A stretch of DNA of 64,000 nt from positions 103,821-167,820 of the IMG/VR virus record IMGVR_UViG_3300027891_000004. One strand, given 5' to 3'. Origin of the DNA: a virus. Its lineage: Duplodnaviria; Caudoviricetes. Positions 29,591-37,699 of this stretch are shown here, piece by piece (positions within the stretch are counted from its first letter, which is position 1; each line of letters begins with the position of its first letter). Below the pieces are notes generated by a model. It ran no database searches. It saw only the letters and a list, made by a program, of their open reading frames with translations, and was not told the origin of the DNA. A program made the position numbers and the translations under genes.

Positions 29591-29654
29591 GAAAAAAAAA
29601 ATGAAAAAATGAAAAAATGAAAAAATGAAAAAATGAAAAAAATGAAAAAATGAA
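29591..29654. repeat. Tandem repeat (TGAAAAAA) x about 7
   Basis: Directly visible; immediately upstream of the 28343-29587 start. Confidence 0.9.
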
Positions 29655-29708
29655 CAACATCACGTTGTTCTATGTATGCCAAAAACGAAAAGAAAAACAG
29701 CAACAAAA

Positions 29709-30485
29709 TCATTTTCTACGACGTATTTCTTTGGCCGCTATCTTTACCCGCCTCGCCTCGGCCCTTGCGAGTTTTATTTCTTCCTTAGCCCGCTTTTTCG
29801 CCTCGCGTTCTTTCCTTGCGAATTCTTTCAACGCAAGTTTTTCTTTGGCCCTGTTTTTCTTGGCCAATTCTTCTGCCGTATATACTTTCCGCTTACTCTG
29901 TTTCTTGTTAAAAACACGATCCTTACCCAACTGTACTTTTTTATAATAGTACCGAAGCAATTTCCCTTCATAGAGCCAATAGTTTTTAGGCGATACCCAA
30001 TCTTTGGCACCTGCCAAAATACGAGTCCGCTGCGAAAATGAATGCGAAGAATCATCCCCAAAATCAACACGCCACGGATCGCCCTCTACCGTACACGTAA
30101 TTTCAGGATTCGGTTTAAAAACCAACGTAGCACCGGCGGGTATGCCGCATTTGGCAAAAGAAAACGGTTGATCTCGTTTATGACGCTTTTTAAGGCCCCT
30201 GACACGCCCGTCCTTCAACACGGCCAAACGACTCGCCGATTCAACACATTCTGGAAAATCAAAGCCGTAGCGAAGAACAATCTCGGAGTCGCCAGAACAC
30301 GCCAAACGTGACAATAAAATATGATAATCGCCGACATCGATGCGTGGGTCATAAAAGATAGCCGCATGACGAAGCCGCTCAACCATCAAATCATCTTCCC
30401 AACGGCGCACATTCCGACAGCCCAATTTGGAAAACAACTGCTCGGCGCAACTCCGTTCGACAACAAGTATATCGCTGCTCACCAC
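29709..30485 (-). CDS. RAMA/DUF4357-like DNA-binding protein with Lys-rich tail
   Basis: PFSFAKCGIPAGATLVF...ITCTV...YWLYEGKLL. Confidence 0.5.
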   Translation of the reverse strand: MVSSDILVVERSCAEQLFSKLGCRNVRRWEDDLMVERLRHAAIFYDPRIDVGDYHILLSRLACSGDSEIVLRYGFDFPECVESASRLAVLKDGRVRGLKKRHKRDQPFSFAKCGIPAGATLVFKPNPEITCTVEGDPWRVDFGDDSSHSFSQRTRILAGAKDWVSPKNYWLYEGKLLRYYYKKVQLGKDRVFNKKQSKRKVYTAEELAKKNRAKEKLALKEFARKEREAKKRAKEEIKLARAEARRVKIAAKEIRRRK

Positions 30486-30553
30486 AAAATACGTACTTGG
30501 TTTAAGGTTGGTAAAAACGCAATCTTACCAAATATCCGTATTTTGTCAAATAA

Positions 30554-31711
30554 CTAGGAATATTTCTTTTTTCGGTTACTTGAAATCGATGCAAGTATAG
30601 CGTACCAAGTATCAACTATGTCTTTCTTGAACGGCTCAAAATTATTCTCCATCTCCCGAAGCATATTCTCACGAGATAATTCCAGACCCAACGCGGGGTA
30701 CTTATAAAGCCCGGTAATCCTTGCGGGGACGACGACGCGGTCTTCTTCGCACAACCAATTGAGACAAGAATCCATATCGGAGATACCGTACCCGGCAAGG
30801 ATCGGAAAATCGACGCTCGGTTTCATCCCGGTTATCCGATTGCGCTTGATCGTAACCGTAGACGTTTGGCCAAATTTTCGTTCCTTCCCGTCTATAACTC
30901 GCTTCAAAGTTGCTCCCAACGTAAACCACGCCTCAATATGAGAATAATACTTCAACGCCTTCCCGCCGGACGGGATAAACTTGTCCCCGTACCCCGTAAT
31001 ATTATCACGGAGCTGACTTATGATAACGAGTATACTCCCGTTCTCGGCGAGACGGTTGACAACGCGGCGTAGATTTTGCGAATTGACTTTTGCCTTCCCG
31101 TCGCCCATCCCCTGCGTCAATTTTACATCTTTCCCTTTTTCCAACGCGGCCCGCCGGTCGTCTTTGTTCTCATCGAACTTGTCGTCGGACGCCGACGAGG
31201 TAAGCGAATCCATTGAATCCAACACGTACACAAACGGCTTTTTCGCGTCCTGATAATCGTCGAGTAGGAAATAAAAATCCTCAACCTGCGCCGAATAGAC
31301 AGGGCGTCCTGTCTTATCCACAGCGGGCGGCTTGATCCGGTTCGCAAGTTTATGCCCGAACATTTTCGGCACATCGAACAAACTACCGTGTTCGGCGTCG
31401 TCGTAGATCAAATCGTAGCCGTCAAAATTGGGGTTATTTGCGGCCTCGGCCAAAAGCTGCATAGCCAACATTGATTTTCCAGCGCCGGGAATTCCAGCCA
31501 GCCATAAATACGAACCCTTCTCCATGAAGCAATCGGGGTCGTTTGTCGCGGCCAGATTAAGCAGCGTCAAGCCGGACGACAGGTAGTTTTCAGGGTTCAC
31601 ACGTTCGGGGACCCAATTTGGAGCGTCTATTTGCGCAAGGTCTTCGACCTCTTCTATATGTAAATAATCGGGGCCTGTCGTTTGTTCTTCTACGATTTTC
31701 TTTTTGGGCAT
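30554..31711 (-). CDS. recA: RecA/UvsX recombinase
   Basis: GIPGAGKS, DAEH, VLDSMD, IISQLRD, SGGKALKYYS. Confidence 0.85.
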   Translation of the reverse strand: MPKKKIVEEQTTGPDYLHIEEVEDLAQIDAPNWVPERVNPENYLSSGLTLLNLAATNDPDCFMEKGSYLWLAGIPGAGKSMLAMQLLAEAANNPNFDGYDLIYDDAEHGSLFDVPKMFGHKLANRIKPPAVDKTGRPVYSAQVEDFYFLLDDYQDAKKPFVYVLDSMDSLTSSASDDKFDENKDDRRAALEKGKDVKLTQGMGDGKAKVNSQNLRRVVNRLAENGSILVIISQLRDNITGYGDKFIPSGGKALKYYSHIEAWFTLGATLKRVIDGKERKFGQTSTVTIKRNRITGMKPSVDFPILAGYGISDMDSCLNWLCEEDRVVVPARITGLYKYPALGLELSRENMLREMENNFEPFKKDIVDTWYAILASISSNRKKKYS

Positions 31712-31715
31712 GATT

Positions 31716-32546
31716 TTATAATTGGCTAGCTGAAATTTGTTTTTGGATTGCGGCGTAAAGATAGGATGTGCTATCTAACATTCCGATCTTGACCTCATTT
31801 TCGCCTTTACCAATCTTTATATAAGGGTCATATTGTGGAGACGAAGGATATTGAAATTCGATAGGCAGTTTCTCAAATGTCGTTCTGTACGTATTATCAC
31901 CAGTCATGGACCAAGCAAACACATTATGTATTGTGCCTTCAATCAGGGCGTCCACTATTTTATCTTTCAACAAAAACTCCGCGCCGATAGGTAGTTCGGA
32001 AACGCCCGGCGGCGTATTTTCGGGGAGAACGGCAAGCCCGTATTCATTCGTAGGCGTCTTGAAAGGACGTCCTTCCGCTATCCGACGCTTTTGAGAACGC
32101 TGATGATGTCGAAACCTATCTACCAATTTCGGCAATTCTATCTCCAAACGCTCCTTAGAAAGCCGCGTTACTTCTGCCTGCGCCTTCTTCCGCTGTTTAT
32201 CTGTTATCTCGTCTTTTCTTTCACGCATTTCATCCGCTAATGTTCTCATTTTCTGTTCGTAGCAAAAAGGACAGTAATACTCCAGTTCATAAAAAATTGA
32301 GCAGTTACGGCACAGCAGAACTCCTCGGCAATCCGTACACAATTTCGTTGCAAGCCTTTTATCGCAGGCGGCGCAGTAGGCCAACTGCTCCTGCCTTTCA
32401 GTTTCCAACGTCACAGCACTACAGACCCAGTTTTCGTCATATTCGTCGGAGTAAACGACGTAATCCTGTTCGACCTGCACCAAAAAGTAACTCCCGATCT
32501 GCGTTACTTTCGTTCTTGCGTATCCAGAGTGCGTCTTGCGTTTCAT
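31716..32546 (-). CDS. Zinc-finger (B-box-like) + coiled-coil protein
   Basis: CAAC...A...CTDC....CRNC...CPFC. Confidence 0.55.
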   Translation of the reverse strand: MKRKTHSGYARTKVTQIGSYFLVQVEQDYVVYSDEYDENWVCSAVTLETERQEQLAYCAACDKRLATKLCTDCRGVLLCRNCSIFYELEYYCPFCYEQKMRTLADEMRERKDEITDKQRKKAQAEVTRLSKERLEIELPKLVDRFRHHQRSQKRRIAEGRPFKTPTNEYGLAVLPENTPPGVSELPIGAEFLLKDKIVDALIEGTIHNVFAWSMTGDNTYRTTFEKLPIEFQYPSSPQYDPYIKIGKGENEVKIGMLDSTSYLYAAIQKQISASQL

Positions 32547-33946
32547 TCTTTTTCTTTCAACAAAAAAGCATTGGAAATTATCTTAAAACTGACCATAGGA
32601 TTCTGCACCGATTTGAAAACAATGCCTTCTCTCGCGCCGCCGTAGGCACTCTGTCCGTCCGCCTGATTAACCAATCGCTGTACGACCAAATCAATAAGCC
32701 CACCAAGAAAGACATTCCATACATCGCTCTTATCATCAAGATCGTTATATTGCATGGACGCTGCCGTACTTGCAGCACATATCTCCGGAATATCCGGGCT
32801 AATCTTTTGGAATCCAATCCCGGGGACCTGCTGAATCGGCGGGTCATCATACAGACTATTCAGACAACAGATAATACGATCTCTCTCTGCAGCGGAAACA
32901 TATTGTCGAACCTCAATATCATAAATATCAAAAACAAACAGCTCCGCTTCTTTCAATTTGAACGGATTCTTCTGGATGCCGGGGCCCATAATTTCGCCCT
33001 GCAAAGCAAGCAGCCTGTCGGTACCCTTGCAATACTGTACAAGACGTTCACGAATATGATACTTATACGCCATGTCCCAATAGACAGACTTCGTAAAAAC
33101 CTCTTTCGTAAACGGAACCTCATTACCTTCGTCATCAACGCGATTAAACGTCAGATACTCCACAGCAGGCTCTTTGAGTTCCAGATTACGGGAACATACG
33201 CCAAAGTCCCAATATACATTAGGACCGCCACCAATTGTCGGTTCTATTCTCTTGTTGCAATACATCGAACAGGATGTTCCGTCACATTTTTCGGTAACCT
33301 CGAAGACATATTGAAACAGCTCAAGAATATCACGTTGTCCCATACTCTGTATCCGCGTCTGATCGGTCTTGGGCATAATATGCGTAGGGAAACTGCGCAG
33401 CGGCTTACCGATATTAAAACCAAAACCTCCCGTTACAGGACGCTGCCAAAGTTTAATCTTCAACAATTCCGTAACATCCGCACCTTCTTCCGTATCCGAA
33501 TCAATCTCAGGAAACTTCGATAGCGGCAAGGCCAAACCCTGACTAATACAGGATTTGAACTTAGCAGATTTCAGCCGGTAGCCCTCAGTCCCGTTCATCA
33601 CCTTATTGCATCGTCCTTCCAATACAGAGTATCTGTCCTCCTTTGGAAGGAAGCTGTCAATCTCTAAAAAGACACAGGAATCACCAACACGGAACTCGCC
33701 CTTTCCGGCAACACACTGCCAACCGTTTCCCTGAAAAGACACGCACTCAATTCTGTCCGCACCTTCAATAGGGGATACAGACTTGATCCGTGTAACGGTC
33801 GCCAGCTTCCTTGCATCATTTTCCACCGGGTTTTCCATGAACTCTCCAGACGTATCATTTACATTTAAATCGATGCTCATGTTTCTTTTTCCTATAGTTA
33901 GTTGGTCTATAAAATTCGCTTCTGCGGCGTCTCTGTGAAATTCCAT
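32543..33946 (-). CDS. RNA ligase, DRB0094/Rnl5 family (true start probably 33839)
   Basis: RKLATV..I..V.PIEGADRIE, TEKCDGTS, QGEI.GPGIQ, REGIVF, FKIISN. Confidence 0.85.
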   Translation of the reverse strand: MEFHRDAAEANFIDQLTIGKRNMSIDLNVNDTSGEFMENPVENDARKLATVTRIKSVSPIEGADRIECVSFQGNGWQCVAGKGEFRVGDSCVFLEIDSFLPKEDRYSVLEGRCNKVMNGTEGYRLKSAKFKSCISQGLALPLSKFPEIDSDTEEGADVTELLKIKLWQRPVTGGFGFNIGKPLRSFPTHIMPKTDQTRIQSMGQRDILELFQYVFEVTEKCDGTSCSMYCNKRIEPTIGGGPNVYWDFGVCSRNLELKEPAVEYLTFNRVDDEGNEVPFTKEVFTKSVYWDMAYKYHIRERLVQYCKGTDRLLALQGEIMGPGIQKNPFKLKEAELFVFDIYDIEVRQYVSAAERDRIICCLNSLYDDPPIQQVPGIGFQKISPDIPEICAASTAASMQYNDLDDKSDVWNVFLGGLIDLVVQRLVNQADGQSAYGGAREGIVFKSVQNPMVSFKIISNAFLLKEKE

Positions 33947-34488
33947 TCAATCGTATCGGGTTGCGTTTTAAATATATCAACATGAACGCCCCCGCAACAA
34001 ATACTACACTGTTCTTCAACTATCCGTCTGGCCTCTTCCGCATTTTCAGCTTTCACTGTAAACGAGCCGTCGAAAATAAATTGAACGGGAATGTTAAATT
34101 CTTTTTTTCTACTTTTTTTGTTTCGTTTTCGATCCTGTAACTTTCCTCTGCGATGTGAATGCGTGATAAGGCGGATACGCGGTCTAATATCTTCCCCATT
34201 TGCCGCCTGCTCAAGAAGTTCAAGACCGATGTCAATATCCAACAAATTCCAATGGAAACCATGTACCCACCCGTATTTACCGTAATCAGTAGAACTAAAG
34301 TCTACGCTATGAATATCTGCGTCATCGACATAGCGAAACCACGGAAAAAGATCGAATGATAAAAAATAATCCTTCTCGGGCCCTCGAATCCAAAAGCCAT
34401 CTTTTTCTATTGAAAGAATAATGGCTCTCCGGCATACTCTGGGATATTCTTCATTCGACGGGTAAGCCGGATATGTCGGGTATTGCAT
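33907..34488 (-). CDS. DUF2442 antitoxin-like domain fused to the DpnD/PcfM-like domain
   Basis: GFWI...YFLSFDLFPWF...HWNLLDIDI, then EFNIPVQFIFDGSFTVKAENAEEARRIV..C..WNF. Confidence 0.7.
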   Translation of the reverse strand: MQYPTYPAYPSNEEYPRVCRRAIILSIEKDGFWIRGPEKDYFLSFDLFPWFRYVDDADIHSVDFSSTDYGKYGWVHGFHWNLLDIDIGLELLEQAANGEDIRPRIRLITHSHRRGKLQDRKRNKKSRKKEFNIPVQFIFDGSFTVKAENAEEARRIVEEQCSICCGGVHVDIFKTQPDTIEWNFTETPQKRIL

Positions 34489-35035
34489 AGCCTTTGTTTT
34501 GTCTTTTTTGTTCTTTTTTTCCGGCTTTGTATCTTGCAACTGCTTCTGCTTCTTTTTGGGGGTCATTTGTAGGCTCTGTGTTTATTGGAGGCATTAGGGC
34601 ATCCCAATCTTTAAGAAATGCTTTTCTGTTCGCTTTTACATGTTTTAAAGTTCGGTCAATAACCGGCTGTGGCACGCCGCCAAAACTAATCGCTTTTACC
34701 TGATCTCTATTTGGCCCGTAGCAAAGCAAAATCTTAAATGTTCCGTACTGATGCGACTCATTCGTTGGAATTCCTTTTGGATTCACGTGTACGTGCGGTC
34801 CTTCGTTTTTGCGTTCCTCATTGCTCTTTCCCTGGTCATGTGAAGTCGCGCCAAACCAAAAGAGCACGCTGCCTTCTTTGTACGGCGCACTCGTAAAATT
34901 TGCCATGTTCCAAACGGTTTCGCGCCGACCGCCACTTGTGACTTGGCCTGCCTCTATTGTTTGAAACGACGTATTGCTGCCAAAATAGCGGCAATCGCCA
35001 GCACCTTGCAATTGCGAAAAATCGTTCAACATCAT
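34451..35035 (-). CDS. DUF4160 toxin-like protein with a 43-aa N-terminal leader ending VWN
   Basis: LFWF...EGPHVHV...FKI.L...FLKDW; paired with DUF2442. Confidence 0.7.
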   Translation of the reverse strand: MMLNDFSQLQGAGDCRYFGSNTSFQTIEAGQVTSGGRRETVWNMANFTSAPYKEGSVLFWFGATSHDQGKSNEERKNEGPHVHVNPKGIPTNESHQYGTFKILLCYGPNRDQVKAISFGGVPQPVIDRTLKHVKANRKAFLKDWDALMPPINTEPTNDPQKEAEAVARYKAGKKEQKRQNKGYAIPDISGLPVE

Positions 35036-35059
35036 AGTTACGAAATTTCTTATAACTGA

Positions 35060-35087
35060 ATTATAGCAAACAAAAAATTAACGTCAA
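35060..35087 (-). promoter_or_regulatory. Sigma70 promoter for the DUF4160/DUF2442 cassette
   Basis: TTGACG-16-TATAAT. Confidence 0.65.
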
Positions 35088-35091
35088 ATAG

Positions 35092-35598
35092 TTACTGTTT
35101 TGAAGCATAATAGTTGCTATTTTGGAGCCGTGTCAAATTGTCCAACCCGTTCCGTTTCTGTTCCAACGCCACAACAGCGGCGTTGTAAATATCGTAAAAA
35201 TATCTTACGTTTCGGATACGCTCGTTCAACTCTTCGATACTCGGGTCCAATTGAACAACCTCCTCAACAGCCTTTTCGGTCAATTTTGTTATCCCGTGAG
35301 ACTGAAAATTTAGCCGTACATTATTCCCTAGTTTTGTTTCGGCGACCTCCAACTGCCTTTTCAAATCAGATTCTTTCAAACGGTACTGCGCCGCTTTCTG
35401 CGCAAACTTGTAGCTGCGCATCGCCTGAAGCTCCCATTCTGAGACGAGATCGTCGCGATTAATAATAAATATACCAGGATCGATCTCTTCCGTACCTGCA
35501 TCCAATTTTGATCGTTGCCTATCAACGCCTTCGCCATATTTTGAAAGCTGCTCCTCAGACAACTTGCCATACAACGTTTCGTTACTATCGCTAACCAT
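35092..35598 (-). CDS. UvsY-like recombination mediator
   Basis: IN.DDL..E...Q, long helix, KLTEKAVE, ALEQKR..L. Confidence 0.6.
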   Translation of the reverse strand: MVSDSNETLYGKLSEEQLSKYGEGVDRQRSKLDAGTEEIDPGIFIINRDDLVSEWELQAMRSYKFAQKAAQYRLKESDLKRQLEVAETKLGNNVRLNFQSHGITKLTEKAVEEVVQLDPSIEELNERIRNVRYFYDIYNAAVVALEQKRNGLDNLTRLQNSNYYASKQ

Positions 35599-35602
35599 TC
35601 CT

Positions 35603-37627
35603 CTACCCTTTCGTAGTTAAACACCAACATTCGTAGACCATCAAGGCAAGTCCCGGCTTGCCGCTGTTAAACGTATCGTACTGCAAAATACCAATACACG
35701 AGGCAAGCGTCTGGGTATCGATATTACGGGCAGCCCAACCGCGCAACATCGCAGACGAAAGCCAACCGAGCAACGACCAACGGATCGTTTCGGGGTCTTC
35801 TGTAAGCGCATCGAAAATTTTTGCCGTCTCGCGCCACGTCGCCTTCTGCCCGCCAGTAAAGATTTCGCATAGTTTCTTAATCTCCGTCTCAAAAGCTTCA
35901 TCGGCCTGGATCAGCGCGAGCATATTTTGCGGCTTGGTAGCCGCGAGGCATTGTTCGAGTTTCACCAACGCCTTCCGTGCCGACCCGCCTGCGAATTCGA
36001 TAATTTTCGACCGGACGAGCGGGTCGATCTCGCGCTTCTCGCCTTCCAAAACGCGGTCTATAATACCGCCCATCGAATCATCGTCAATCGCGTTTATATT
36101 GATCCGTGAACAACGGTTTATAACAGTAGGCAATAGTTTCTGCGGGTCCGTCGTGCAAAGGATAAAATAGGCAAACGGTCTCGCCTCTTCCAGTATTTTC
36201 AAAAGCGCATTTTGTGCTTTGAGCGTCAAACCGGCTGCCTCGTCTAGTACCCAGATACGGCAATCACCGATCATAGGGGCCTGTATTGCCCGTTCCGATA
36301 AACCACGGACCATATCGACGCCTCCCTCTTCGGAAACGTTCATCTCTTGATAATGCAATTTCTCCTCGCAGCCGAGTTCCTTTGCCAAAATTCGGGCGAG
36401 CGTCGTATTATGCGTAACAATAAAGTCATCAGTAATATACAAACCATCTAACGCGGCAACCTTAATACACTGGCATTCTTCCCTTCTAACTTTTTTGATA
36501 CTTTGTATCCCCGTACCGCTAAAAAACCGTCTATCCCAAGACCCCGCTCTTTTTTTATGTTTTTCAGACGTAAAAGGAATAATACCATTGTCAAATCTAA
36601 TACAAATACGATAGGCCTCCCTTCCAGCAAGCGATTCGCCTTTATAACGGTACTTCACACATTTTTTTACAGACAAACTAGCTATACCCCCCAAAGAACG
36701 AACCAAAAAACAAACCTGTTCGGCCAGCGATTGTGAAGTAGTTGTGTACTCCACGGTTTGTGTTCCTGGGCTCACACTACCATCTGTATCTACCAAACCC
36801 TGTAGTAAAGCTACGCGGGATTCTACGTCCGCGTACAAATAATCCGCTGGAATAAACTTCGCACTTGATCCCTTGTCGCACAAACCATATTTCAACAATG
36901 CCTGTGCCATTTCTGACCTTTCATTATTTTTCTTTTCGCGAGCAAACGACAACCTCGGCGCGCGTTTCTCTGCGCTAACTAATGTAACTTTATCGCCGTG
37001 AATAGCCGACGTCATTACCCTTCTCTGTATGTCTTTTTCACTATTCGTAATAGCACACGATAACGAATTCCCAGAATGCGTTGAAAAATGTCCATCTCCC
37101 AAATAAACGCCCAATAACCACGGGTCAATTAACAACTCCCTTGCATTTGAAAACTGTATAGGATCACATAATGGAAGCATTAAATTATGTATCCTTCCGC
37201 TCTTACCTTTCATATACTTCAACAAGTCTGAAGTAGTTATTGTTCTCCAATACCCCGTTGACTGTGCGGAGCGCACCGTCCAATAATGATCGGCAGTCGC
37301 ATACGTTACGGCCCCGCCTACCGTAGTAATTTCATATACATCTTTTTCCCCCTGTGGAAATACTCCGATTACTTTTGTAGGTCTGCCATCTTTCCCAACA
37401 ACAAAATCGCCCACTTGCAAATCTCGCATCTGGACAAATCCAAACGGCGTAAGAACCTTTGCAGATAACGGCTGAGCTTTGCCCGATCCAGAATTGCCGG
37501 ACAGTAAAATCGAATGCGGGACGGCTTCACGCCCTTTTTTGAGCCACCCTTTGATGACGCCCACCGCGTCGCGCTGCCCTAGCACATCGTCCAAAGCTAC
37601 CGGTCTGTATTTACGATAAAGTTCCAT
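35603..37627 (-). CDS. Clamp loader (DnaX/RFC-like AAA+) with intein
   Basis: LYRKYRP..LDDVLGQ, GSGK/TTLARI, VLDEA, QNALLKILEE, NRC. Confidence 0.9.
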   Translation of the reverse strand: MELYRKYRPVALDDVLGQRDAVGVIKGWLKKGREAVPHSILLSGNSGSGKAQPLSAKVLTPFGFVQMRDLQVGDFVVGKDGRPTKVIGVFPQGEKDVYEITTVGGAVTYATADHYWTVRSAQSTGYWRTITTSDLLKYMKGKSGRIHNLMLPLCDPIQFSNARELLIDPWLLGVYLGDGHFSTHSGNSLSCAITNSEKDIQRRVMTSAIHGDKVTLVSAEKRAPRLSFAREKKNNERSEMAQALLKYGLCDKGSSAKFIPADYLYADVESRVALLQGLVDTDGSVSPGTQTVEYTTTSQSLAEQVCFLVRSLGGIASLSVKKCVKYRYKGESLAGREAYRICIRFDNGIIPFTSEKHKKRAGSWDRRFFSGTGIQSIKKVRREECQCIKVAALDGLYITDDFIVTHNTTLARILAKELGCEEKLHYQEMNVSEEGGVDMVRGLSERAIQAPMIGDCRIWVLDEAAGLTLKAQNALLKILEEARPFAYFILCTTDPQKLLPTVINRCSRININAIDDDSMGGIIDRVLEGEKREIDPLVRSKIIEFAGGSARKALVKLEQCLAATKPQNMLALIQADEAFETEIKKLCEIFTGGQKATWRETAKIFDALTEDPETIRWSLLGWLSSAMLRGWAARNIDTQTLASCIGILQYDTFNSGKPGLALMVYECWCLTTKG
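36407..37477 (-). mobile_element. Class 3 intein with LAGLIDADG endonuclease in the clamp-loader P-loop
   Basis: Starts AQPL; DHYW, CQCI and VTHN/T give the W-C-T triad; LLGVYLGDG, LQGLVDTDG. Confidence 0.9.
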
Positions 37628-37699
37628 AGTTTATTTTGTGTGAGAAAGTTAAAACAAAAGCCTATCGTATATGCCACGCAACGTCGAAAATTCAATCTT

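Noticed and set aside
32240-33523. 427-aa plus-strand ORF (also 6886-8031, 41761-42810, 5119-6021 and 1325-2158)
   Set aside because: Antisense shadows of well-supported minus-strand genes; no motifs or RBS.
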